A stretch of 64,000 nucleotides of DNA from Octopus bimaculoides (taxonomy: Eukaryota): NCBI RefSeq assembly GCF_001194135.2, contig NC_069003.1, positions 19,064,223 to 19,128,222 on the forward strand, written 5' to 3'. The notes under the pieces are model-generated. The model saw nothing but the letters and a program-made list of their open reading frames with translations. It did not search any database and was not told where the DNA came from. Below, piece by piece: positions 27,501 to 40,900 of the stretch (within the stretch, counting starts at the first letter, position 1; every line of letters starts with the position of its first letter). The translations under genes were made by a program, and so were the position numbers.

Positions 27501-29989
27501 CATTTATTTAATGCAATTGTAAAAGATTACATCATAATATACAATCCACCATTGTCAGGTAAAATTTTAAACTTCAACCTGACATAGCCAACATTTATTG
27601 GGCTTGTAAAACTTAAATGCATCACTAGTCCAACAAATATTGGTTGATGTTTAAATTCTTACCTGTTGAAAATTTTACCTGATATATTATCATGTAATCA
27701 TTTATGACTGCATTGAATAAATAAAATTCTACTGAAATAACTTGTAAATTTAAAACACCATTTGTGTATACCCTGTGTGTGTGTGTGTGTGTGCATGCAT
27801 GTGTGCATGTATATATGTATATCACTTTACTCTGTATATTGAGCACATTTTCCTTTCACTTGTAAAATCAAATCAAATGTGTATTTTTGTGTGTGTGTGT
27901 GTATAATATAGTTTACAGTTACAATAAAGGCAGGATCAGCAAAAAATATATTCAGTCATATAATATACACAATACTACTAGTTTCACACTTTACACTGCA
28001 TTAAATTGATAGATTTATGTATCGGTACACACGTGGGTATATGTTAAAAATTTCTGGTGTAGATTTGTTAGAGCATTGGACAGAATAACCTCCAAATAGC
28101 TGTTCCAATTCTTTACTCTTTGATTTCAAATCTCACTGGGGTCAACTTTGCACTCTGCATTTCATCCTTTTGGGATTGACAAAGTTAAGTACCAGTCAAA
28201 TACTAAAGTCAGTGGTATCAAGTAACCCCTCCTTTCAAATTTCAGGCTTTCTACTTCTGTTACTAAAAATAATTCTTCCTCAATCTGAATATCATATCTT
28301 AAAATGTTTTTGTTTTTGTCCTCTGTTTTCCAGTTAAAACCATTTCTTTCATCATCATACCGCTGTCCATAGCGTTAATTATTCTGATTGGTTTGACAAT
28401 ACTCTTCTTCAATCGACGACGAGCCACGTAAGTAAAACATTCCATTCTATTCCATTATTATCAATCACAGAATCAGTAGGGCATTGGCAGGCAAAATGTC
28501 TTACAGTATTTCTTCTAGATCAAGTTCTGAGTTTAAACTCCTGTCAAGGTCAACTTTGCCTTTTATCCTTTCAGGGCTGATGAAATAAAATGCCAGTCAA
28601 ATACTAGTAGCAGGGAGGGGATGAAGTTGGCTAAACTCCTTCCTACCTCTCCATCTTTAAATTTCCTGGTCTTGTACCTTATTTAGAACCAGTACCCAAC
28701 AATTGGTTTTTTTGTATTTATGTTGTTTCACTCTCAGAAGTCATGGTGAAACATTGATCCTTTCATGATTATATTTCTAAAGATATAAATTTATTGTTTG
28801 TTATTTTGTATGAATTTTGAAAATAATTAAGAATTTTACTGGGATTTTTGGTCAAATAATTAACTTTGTCATTGCAAAGCTGGTGTTTGGGACATAAGTA
28901 AACAAAAGGTTCTTCTTACATAAATTAATGAAACTAAGTTTTATATTTAACCTTTTCATTATCATATTATGTTGAAAGACAATGCGTTTGTCTCAATTAT
29001 TTTTTTTTATTTAAATAATAAAGAATTTAGTAAAATAACTTATTTAAGCTAGTGTTTGGAACACAGCTAATGAAAAAGTTCTTACATTTAAAGCGTCATA
29101 TAAATTTTTAATCGAAATATAAACATTTTATTAAAAACTGGTAGTTTTGTAATAATTTTTAAATAATTAAGAAAAGAGAGGTAGTAAGTTGAAATCTCTC
29201 TCTTCTGGTTACAACACAAATGATATAGGTACCATGAGGTAATTTGGGCCCTCACTTAACATTTACAAAAATCCTTGTAATTTGAGAAAAGATTAGCTAC
29301 TTTCAGCACTAGACCAGCTCATCTGATCAAAAAACCAAATGAAAATACTTGTTTCTTATATATTGTTTTCACTCAAGTAACATTAATCTCTCTTTACAGG
29401 TCACAACAGTTCAAACATATACGCATTCAAGAAAATGCTAATGAGATTAACAATCCTCTCTATATTCCGGAGACGGACGAACAGGAACTTCACGAACCCA
29501 CCGACGCTCACCAGGTTTGGCTATTGGTTTTCTTGTGTGTGTGATAGAGAGAGGTGGGGAGAGATACCATTTTTATGTATGTATCTCTATCCACTGACTT
29601 AGCATGTGTGTGTGAAAGAGAGAGAAAGTGGAAACTGAAACCCTTTCAATTATGAAGACCAGCCACAATTGGCTTATATTGTGCATTATAAGCTAATTGC
29701 TTAGTGAGGTCTTGCTATTGGGAGTTACCTTTTCAGCAATACCACAAAATAAGGATCAGGTTATGTAATTGTCCTGTGAATAGCTCAACCAGTATAATGG
29801 TCAGTGTGGTCAAGTGCTGTAGCACTTGGTAAATACCAAGTGTTGTATGTCATAACACCTTCTTCGAGGTTTCTAAACATTGGCCTCAAATAAGGATCAG
29901 ACAGATCTGTTTGAGTACAGACTTGCATTTTATGGTTGCATTCCCTTCCTATTGCCAATCACATTACAGCCTCCCTCTTCTCTCTCTCT

Positions 29990-30037
<48 letters not shown>

Positions 30038-33000
30038 AGAGTAATATAACACAAGGATGGAGGATATCAGGCTTTAACAGTAGATCACAATATTTGTTTC
30101 TCCACTGCACACCAGCTTTAAGTTGCTGAGTTTATATTCAAAGACCATTATAGAAGAACATTCTTTCTAAATATTATACAGCAACAAACATGTGTGGATG
30201 CTTCATCAGGGTAGTATATGATTAATTCCTGTTGGATTCTTCTGGATATTCTGGATAAACAATATATATTTCATTCAACCAATCAAGGAGTATACCCCAC
30301 TGTAACTCTTATAACTCTTATGATGTTATTTGTGGTAGCCAAATAACATCATAAGAGCTCTTTCTTACATGCACATTACAAGGTTTTCACCTGATTTATA
30401 CCACACATAACTACAATTGCTGTATAGTTTAGTTAATACCAGAACAGTCTTGTGTGTACATATTTAGTGAAACCTAGAAACTGTGGAAACTAGTGATATT
30501 CTGATCCCCATGTTCACCCCTTGATGAATCCCCTAACTTTATTGCCTATCTCCCTCTCCAACTACCATTTTCTCCATTATCTGTCAAAACTAAATTCTTG
30601 CTACCTGACACCCACACTACACTTTGTGTAGTAACAACACCACTAGCAACCAATTCTTTCTCTCTGCTCCCTTTACCACACACTCAAATCTACAACTAAA
30701 ATTGGTAATTGGCCATGTGTCTCCTCTTTCTCTCTGTTTGTCCATTTTCTTGATGTATGCATCAATGAACAATGACCTGCTTACTTATATCACAGTATTT
30801 CATTAAAACAATGATAGGTCATTTAATTAGTAAGTAGAATACTAAGTAGAAATGTATATTATAAGTTTCACTAAGTATGTATAAATTGTGTATGTGTGCG
30901 TGTGTATATATATACATAGAGAGAGAGAATAAATTTTATAATTATAATTAAGTATAATTACAATAGAGGACTCATAATATGCCTACTTGCTGGAGAGAGA
31001 ACCTAAATCCTCAAGTAAACCACTGAATTACACTGAAATATACAACAGCCCAACAGAAATCGGGCTAGTGAGTAAAGATTCCTCAGAATCATCACAGACC
31101 AAAGCTGTAGAATGAAGAATTGGATATATTTATATCATGATTTCAAATTCTGGCTAAAGCCTTGACTCTCCTCAGTAAATATTGCCATATGAGAGAAATG
31201 AACTCACCTCATTGAAGTCTGTGTCACTACTGAACTGTCCTGTGCAAATTCCTAATGACTTCATTGTATAATATATATATATAGGGAGTAAATATTCAAA
31301 TGAATATCAATAAAGATATCTTTTTTATTATTATTATTATCAGCAGTAAATTTATATATTATTATTTAAATTTACTGCTAATAATAATAATAATAATATC
31401 TTTATGGATATTCATTTGAATATTTACTTCCTGTGTGTGTGTGTATATATTGTATTCTTATTTTATTTATCAAAGGAGGATATATATTTTTATTCAATTA
31501 ATGCCATTAAATAGTCAGTTGTAATTGATTAATTATAAAACTGGTGATTTTCCCCTGTGGACCCAATAAGATATGTGTGTGTGTGATTTAATAAATGCAG
31601 GTTTAAATGTAAGCTACTTTGTTTCATATTTTCACAGTACGTTGATCAGACAAGCTTGCAAGGCTTGCTGTGTACTATCCTGCCATATATATTTAGCACA
31701 TTGGTGGGTATTTTTTACTTCCTGAGGCAGGGAATGTCAGTAAACATGTAATCAGTTGTTTAATTGATCCCATGAATTTTTTTATAAATGTTAGTGTGTG
31801 TGTATATATATGTTGTTTTATGTGTACAGAAGTATGTGTTGTGGTAGTTGTTTACTTTACCTCCAAATCAGACCTGATGAAAATTATTCCCATCCAGCTG
31901 TGGCCATCCATACATGCCTTATTTCAAGATGGTGTTGGGAGTGATTTGGAGGAGTTTTGGCTGTTGTTTCTAGCAGTGACCATATTAAAATTCTCTTACT
32001 GACTTTGTGTGTGTGTTTTTATCAGACCAGCAAGGCCTTCTTTTTTCTCCTTCCCCTCCTCTAGTCTTTAGCTCTCCAGGTAGATTATGGAACTTAAAAT
32101 TTTAACTATCAAAATAATAATTGGTAGAGCATTGGACCAATCAATTTACAACATTTGATTCTGTCCTTTTATGTCCTCCATTCAATTCCAAGCCAAGTCC
32201 ATTCACTTTCATTGTTGCCCTTCTGATATCAGTAAAATTTGTGCAGTAGTGATCAATGTAACTATAACCTAGAAGGGAATGTCCCAGCATGGCCACACAC
32301 AGTATACTGACTGAAACTAGTAGAATATAAAAGAATTATTAAACGGTTCTCTACCCCCACTTTGTTTTTTTCTTTTGATGTTTTCCTATAAAGTAGGAAT
32401 AATAATAATAATAATAATGATAATTCATTTTGTGCATCCCCTGCCCACTGCACATCCTTTATGGCTGTCTTCCACCTGTTTTTCACCTACATTAACTGCC
32501 GCTGTACATACACCTGTACAATGTTTGGTCTAATTGATTCTATTTCCAGATGTTTAACCAACACCGAAGATAGTCAGGCTTCCAGGTAAACTCTTCCGAG
32601 CCCCACCATCACCATCATTATCACCACCACCATCACCCTACTCCCTCCAACTTTATTAGAGAGTATGCAATGATTGTTAGATGTAACAAACACCACCACC
32701 ACCACCACCACCTCATTGTAAACTCAAAAATCTCCCCCTTTTCTCCCATCACCCCATCTGTCTCTATCACTTCACTTCTCTCTCCCCCTCTTTCTCTCTC
32801 TCTCTCTCTCTCTTTCTGCTTTTGAAAAAGTAAAATATTTGTTGTCCTTGAAAACTCTTCTACACTTTTGCATGTTTCTGGCTGTTTACTTACAAATGAC
32901 ATTCTTTGTTCTTGGATGTATGTATGTACGTCCTTATGTATTTATGTATGTGTGTGAAAGGGTGGCAGTGGCTATATAACTTCTGAGACCTTCTAAGATG

Positions 33001-35711
33001 GTGTATGTGTGTGTGTGTAATAAACAATTAACTTATGAACTTATAAGATGCAGTGGGCTCATAGTCGAGTGGGCTAAGTAACACCTTACAGCTTCGTCGG
33101 AGCCTGAAAAGAGATGGTGCTCAATACATAGAGTTGATAATAAAGATTGGCAGAGTCATTAAATTGTCTTACAAAATATCTTGTATTTTTTCGTGCTCTT
33201 TATATTCTGGTTTCAAATCCTCTTGAGATCAACTTAGCCTTTCATCCTTCCATGGTCAATAAAATAAAGTGCCAGTCAAGTACTGGGATCAGTGTTATCA
33301 AGTCACCCACTCTCCTAAATTTCAGACCCTTGTTCCTAAACTGTTGAAAATCTATTTCTTCTGCTCTGTTTGTGTGTATGTGTGACAGTAAGGGTATCTG
33401 GCTGTAAAATAATATCCTAGTAATATGTATTCCTCTAACTCATGCTAACATGGAAAAACAGATGTAAAATAATTGTATTTACATCTAATTTTCAAACAAC
33501 TTACTTGTGGAAATGCTGTCAACCGAAAACTCTACTTACCAGCTGCCATTCAAGAGAGAATGCCACCCCACCCCAACTCACTGATGTGAGGCTCCACCTA
33601 CTGGATTGACTGGCTGGTATTTGATTTTTAAGTCTATTTTGGGATTATCACTATCATTCCAATTTGTGGAGTCGTGCAGGTCTGACTTTCCATATAAGCA
33701 AACAAATACCGCCTTTACACTCACACATAACCTCTCCATCCAGATTTCATCATCTCTTTTCGGCCATTCCCAGTGGTTGTGTCTCTTGACTGTTGACTAG
33801 ATTTCTTTTGAGATATGTGCCTTGGGTGTATATGCGCGTGTGTTTATGTCTGTGTGTTTGTAAAAACAAGTCACCTCAGTTATAGTTTTTTAGTTAGGTA
33901 AATTCTTCAAACATAGCAATGCTTAAATTTAAAAGGCTTATACCACCAACACTTGCTACTGCCAGGAATGCCCCCCTCCACCTCTACTGCACTCTCACAC
34001 ACACACACACACATACACAGAGTTCTGCCAAAACTAAAGTAGTCCTTACCTTATAAATGCAAAGATTTATAGTTTGTTTTTTGTTTTTTCTTTTGTACTT
34101 CTGCTAAACTAAAAATCAACCACATAGGCTGTAGACTTCCTTTAAAGGTAAAAAAAATTGAGAGTTCATTTATGTGATTTTCACCTGCACTGTTAGTCTT
34201 CAAGTAGGCTGCTTCTATGATTCCCAAACTGTCTAGTAGTATTATTAGCAGTAGTGTTAGTCGGTGTTGTTATTGTTGTTGTTACAAGTTTCTTTTTTTT
34301 TTTTCTCTTTTTTTTTCTTCGTTGAACGTGGTGCAGCACCTGGTCGTGTCAACTCCTACCACACCATCCAACCCATGCCAGCATGGAAAACGGATACTAA
34401 ATGTTGATGATGACAATGATGATGATTCTGTTTGGTTAATTAGTTAATTGGTAAATATTCAGGATTTAAAAACTGAACTCCTGTTTTCAATCCTTGCTTA
34501 TTAACCGCATAAATCATTTAATCGTTCAGCCATCAACTGCTGTATTAATAAAATTGCTTTAGCCATCAATGTCTCATCTTCACAAATCCATCCTTCTCTC
34601 TGATCATTATGCTACATATAGCCACACCTCATGCTTAATTCAGAAATATGTAAATCATCCTTAAGTAATATGTTTAATTACAGTTGTTGATGTTTTTCTA
34701 CTCTTTTCTTTGACAAATAAACCTGATTTAACCTTTAGCACACTGTATTTTCTCTAGAGTTGTTTCCCTAGCCACTGCTGTGTTACTACAGGGGAGAAAA
34801 CTCATACAGTGAGGTGATGCATGTACAGTGTGCTAAAGGTTAAAGAAACTAGAGACTTTGTCAGAAAACTGAAGCTGAATTCAAGACAAAAATAATTGAT
34901 ATATGACTGTTTTAGATTGTAGTGTGTATATGAGTACACTATACACACACATGCACACAGGTGAGGATCCCAATCATTTGGGTTCAATCCTACTGCATGG
35001 CACCTTGGACTTTAGCTCTGAGCTACCTAAAAGCACTTGTGGGTAGATTTGGTAGGTAGAAACGTTAGCACGCTGGGCGAAATGCTTAGCGGTATTTCGT
35101 CTGCCGTTATGTTCTGAGTTCAAATTCCACCAAGGCCGACTTTGCCTTTCATCCTTTCAGGGTCGATAAATTAAATACCAGTTACGCACTGGGGTTGATG
35201 TAATCGACTTAATCCCATTGTCTGTCCTTGTTTGTCCCCTCTATGTTTAGCTCCTTGTGGGCAGTAAAGAAATAAGAAACTGAAAGAAGCCCATTATGTA
35301 TGTTTCTTTACATTTGCCTTCTCAGAAAATCAGGGGACTGTAGCCAGAGTTTTACTGTTATCACCCTGTCCAGGACACGTGAAACAGGAGGGACATCCAC
35401 CTGTGAAACAATATATATCTAACCCATGCTCGTATGGAAAAAGCTGATATAAAAATGAGCAAGTGAGTATGAATACATATCTGTACCGTGATTTCTTGGT
35501 GATCTCAGTGATCTATCTTTTGTTTACCCAACTAAAGAAAAAGTCAGCTGAAGATCACTATGTCCAAAAACCTGGACACCAGCATGAAAGCACACTGATA
35601 TGGGGGTAACAGATAAGCAGTATCCTACAAGACATCACAAGTACACAGTCATTACACCATATGTATGTGTATATCTATGTACATATATGTAGATATACAT
35701 GTGTGTGTGTA

Positions 35712-35765
<54 letters not shown>

Positions 35766-35781
35766 CATACACACACATGCA

Positions 35782-35814
<33 letters not shown>

Positions 35815-36039
35815 GTAAAATACAGAGTACATGTAATACACATTAGAGATGCCCATAAAAGGACATCTAACCTGGCTGCTCCTTCTAGTGGGTTAGATGT
35901 CCTTTTATGGGCATCTCTAATGTGTATTAAATATACACTGTATTTTACATGAATAATATATAGTCTGTTGACTAATTTTCTTCTCGCTACACCACTGGTA
36001 GTAAATTAAATTTCTTAATTTTTTTGCTACCCTAAGACT

Positions 36040-36070
<31 letters not shown>

Positions 36071-37135
36071 AGGGATTCTCTCATTGTGAACCACAGATGA
36101 GAATTCAGTAAAATAAAGCGGTAACCATGTTCTTTGGTCACGAATGTGTCTCTCGAGGCTATCTGGTGCCTTGTAAACCTTTTAGCAAAGGGAACAAGTT
36201 GAGGACTCAGTTTGCTTGAGTTCTTTTTTTTTTGTGTGTGTGTGTGTTTTCTTGAGTGGACAACAAGGCCTGCTTTGCTTTGCGCCACAAAAGCACAACG
36301 ACAGGTAAAGTTTCCATTTAGAGGAGCAGTGCCTTCATACTTGCACAAAGTTGGTCCCAATGTTGGAGTTGACTTTGCTGAAATCTTTGAACGGAGGAGA
36401 AACAGGAATGGTACCAGGTCCTGCATTCTGATGCTTTGTTTTCTCAGGAAGAAAAGGGAATGTTGCATCTCTTCAGATTGTCTTTTAGTTTGTCTCTGAA
36501 TCGCAAGAGTGGCCTTCTAACTGATATTCCTGCTTTTATATATCTTATTAATATTCTTAAATCTCAGATATTTTTACTTTTATTTTATGTATTTATATAT
36601 ATGTATAGGGCAAATGGGACTCCTTAGCCGTAGTGATGATGGTCTTCTTAGATGGTGTGCATCTACTTTCTCATAGGGCAGTCTGGGTTTTGTTGTTTTT
36701 GAGCAACTAGACTAGGAGAAGGCCACTCTGATCTCAAATCTACAATTGATTTAGCATGTGACACACCTGTACAGGTAAATGCTTTTTTGATGGAGAGTGT
36801 GTGCATTGTGCTGCACGAGCAATGACCACTATAAACAATAGATATATAAGCAAAACTAAGATGTATAATTGTTTTCTACGATATTCTCCATTTTAGAACA
36901 CTTTAACCCACAAGTCTATATATACACCAAATTGATGTCCAAGCAAATTTTTACATATATTGTTTTCCATGTCTCTACATCAGCATTTCTCAATCAGGGT
37001 TCCATGAGAAAGAGTGATATAAGCTAATGCTAATTTCATGATTGTAATATTACTATACATGCACAACATATTATTGGTTATTGTAATATAGACATCATCC
37101 TATCTAACCTATTATATTATCAAAAAATATAACAA

Positions 37136-37172
<37 letters not shown>

Positions 37173-37827
37173 ACATAAACTATGATGAAAATATGAGAAT
37201 GATATAGTATATAATTTTTCTTGTGCAGGGGTTCCTTGAGACATGTAGTTTATTTTAAGGATTACGCAAAGGTAAAAAGGTTGAGAAACACTGCTCTACA
37301 TGATCTATATGTAGTCTTCAGGGCTGTGGAAAACTTGTCTATTTTCTAAACAGTGTTTCTTGACTGTTTATATGTATGTACGTTTATTTATCTGTGGAAT
37401 GTTGAGTATATACATACACCAAGATACCTCTATGTTCTTCGAAAGCAAGCAGATAACTTTATGTGGATGCTCTGATATTTAACATTGATCAATCATGTCA
37501 CAGATTGACCCCCTCTATCCCTCCCTCTCTCTTAACTTTGATGCAAGTTATAAGACATTCTTAGAGATAACCCTCAATATCTATGGCAAGTCTTTCTCAT
37601 ACTCACACTCCTTGTTTGTTCCTTGTTTCCATTCTCCGCTGCCAACTCTTGTCTCATAATCTCAAATTTTCACTTCAGTCTCATTTTTCAGCATGTCATC
37701 TCTCTCCTATCCATTCCCCATCAATCTGACTGCTATTCATATTAGCCAGCTTGTCACCTCATTTCTTTCATCTACCATCTGGCCCCTTTCATCTGTAATG
37801 AAAATTAACACTACCTATCTATCTCTC

Positions 37828-37901
<74 letters not shown>

Positions 37902-40900
37902 GTCTTATTTCTATATCTTCTTCCTCTGTACAAAATGTCACAGTTCTAAAAATCACTAACTCAAAACCTCATATTTGTTATATTACAAAATCTAGTGAAA
38001 TAAATAATTATATAAACTTTGCATAATTATTGTAACTAACTGCATTTGTAATCATTAAATCTTCGTCTTTCAGGTAAGTAAAGTGTGTGTGGAAGGGGTT
38101 ACTTTGACATTTCTATTTTGTGTATTTTCTTTACAGCTGCAGAACCCACCATGAATAATAACTTTGACAGATTTTATCTGTTGGATTTTTTTTTTTTTTT
38201 TTTATAAATTGATATGTAGACACACATGTGTGTTTGTGTGTATGATGTATGTTGTGTTGACCATACACACACACACATACACAGAACTACACAGTTTTGT
38301 GTGCCTGTGTGTATGTACATTTATGTACACATGTTTGTATAAATGTATATTTGTATTGTATATGTATATATATGTATGCATATGTCTATTTGGATGTATA
38401 TGCATAAATATATGTATCTACATATATATGTATCTGCATATATATGTATCTGCATTTATTTGCATGCATATGTATGTACAGGGGTTAGACTAAATAATGG
38501 AAACACCTTGTTAAATTGTGGTTTTATTTAATACAGAGTTGGTTCACCTTTGGTACCAAATTATTGACTTGTAAAGGTTCTGAACAGTTGTTAGGGATAA
38601 TCAAGATCCAGTGATACTTGGGGCTAGTACAAGTGGTCTACTTAATGCTGACATCTTTGTACTAATTATTGAATAATATTAGCTATGTGAATCTACACAT
38701 TATCATCGTGAAAGTTTGTTCTACCAGTGTGCTAAGCGTTTAATGTCTAGCACACTGATTTATCCCTAGAATAGTTTCCCCTGCCACTACATTATTTTTG
38801 AGGGAACACTAGACATGAACACCTACTGTTTTAAAACTGTTATAGCTTTCATTGTATTGTGCATATAGACTTGACTCTTTTGTATATTAATGAAATGCAT
38901 TAGTACTTTCCTTAAATCAGCCAGCCATGGATAATAGTATCCACTCGGTACATCATTCTCAAGATAACTGTAAACACAGTTTATGTCCTCCTCATCACCT
39001 CAAATAATTTTACCATGCTATCTTCCTGAGTAAATCCTTTAAAATCATCATCTGAGTTAGAATCAAACAAGATTTCTTTGAGAAAAGCTTCAAATGCAGG
39101 AGCAGCCATTTTCGTTCAGTAAAAAATCCAAAAAACTAAGTTACCTCATGGTTAGGATATAAACAATGAAAATGGCATCAGAAAATGGAGCCTCAAGTAC
39201 TGGAAATAAAGGTAACATTGTGTTTATTTAAGCACCCTTATCATGGCAACAAAATGTGCCTGCAGCTACAGGAGAGAAAACTCATGGGTGACAAGAGTGT
39301 GAAGAAGGTTAAAAAACAATGTTTGTACCATAGCATGGACATGATCAGAAAAAATACTTGTATAATCCTTGCCATTAACTCTGCCATGTAGAACAATTAA
39401 AGGATCAGAGAGTCTCATGATATGACTGCCCAAATCATCTCAAAGCCATCTCAATGCTTTATCTTGAAGCAGGGGAGAAAAGGGTGAATGATGATTTTAA
39501 AAAATTACATTGAGACATTGACCACATCAGGTAATCCAGACCAGAGGTTCTCAACTACGGTCTGCATGAGATTTTGTTGTTAAAATTTATCTACAATAAA
39601 TTGGTTATACAGTACTTCTACAGTACACTAAATATTTTAACAATTTTTTTTTATTCAATTCCTAATAATATTTAATTATAAAAATATGATTTTTTTAAAC
39701 ATTGAATTGCTATAAAGTTCATCCAAGTAAAATAGGAATCAAAGGGGTTCATAGGGCAAACAGTGATTAAGAAACATTGGTCTAGATCTATATTTTTCAA
39801 TTTATCCAGAGGGACAGAAGGGGCTTAGCAATTGCAGCCCTCACATGGTAGCCAACTTTATGGAGATCATGAATGTATTTAGTTGACAGAATTGGCATGG
39901 TTTTGCTTTAGCTCTGCTCTCACTTATACCACCATAGTTCAATGGTTTTCAGACACAATATGGTTCTTTATTATTCAGTCAGTTTTTGTGAGCTTTGCAT
40001 TCCATCCAGAAGGGAACAGTAAAAGGCCTAACAGTATGATAGTTTTCCCGTTCCATGGCCACATGTGGTTACACCTCCAGCAGCAACTTGGTGTGTTCAG
40101 CTCTGCTGCTCATCAGGCTGAGAAAAGTAAACTGTCACGGTATTGGTCACTCTCTGACAGGTTTATGGTCGAGCCTGTGGCAGTGGAGTTCTTGGCCCCC
40201 ATATCCCTGCTCACCACTATCAGGGCAGAGAAGGCTGTCCACAAGTACAAACCCCATGAGTCAGAATAGCTGTTCCAGCACATCTCCTTCACCATCCTCT
40301 AGGGTAACGCCTTTTCCAATTTGTCTGCTGGGACCATGGGGCAGTCTGAATTTCAAGAACTTGTACCTTCCACTCCTTAATGTAAAGTTACTCCATATAT
40401 ATGTGTATTTCTATCATAGAAATCCAGAATTATGCTTGTTGGAGTTGTCGTTACCTTGGAATGCCATTAAGATTCTAGAGACTGTGGCCTTCAAAACATT
40501 AAACAATTCTACAGTTTTAGTGACTGAAGCTCCAACCATCCATTTTCTAACAATCTGTCTTCTTTGGAAATCAGATAGGACCTGCATTTTAATTTATTTG
40601 AATGTTAATGTCTGTAATAAAAAAAAAAGGAAAAGAAAACCAGAGGGCTATATCATAAAATATAAGGCATAAACACAATGCATAAGAACACATATATACA
40701 AATTAGAAAAGTTTTGGATATATTATTACATTGCTGATAGAAAAACAAAATAGTTCAATAAAAAGTGGTGTTTTCATTACTTTGTCCAAACACTGTATGT
40801 ATGTGTGTATATGTGTATGAATATACATCCACATAAACACACTTCTTTTATCCACAAGCAAGAAGCATTTTCAGCCCTTGCACAGAATATTATCTATTTA

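Noticed and set aside
30967-31077. Possible tail exon ending GGGCTA|gtgagt
   Set aside because: No convincing acceptor in an open frame and no NPxY
35635-35952. YIYI/CVCV-rich ORFs (also 21330-21609, 38164-38531, 62347-62535)
   Set aside because: Translations of TA/CA microsatellites
40055-40672. 205-aa ORF
   Set aside because: Off-frame read-through of the CRE remnant and adjacent intron
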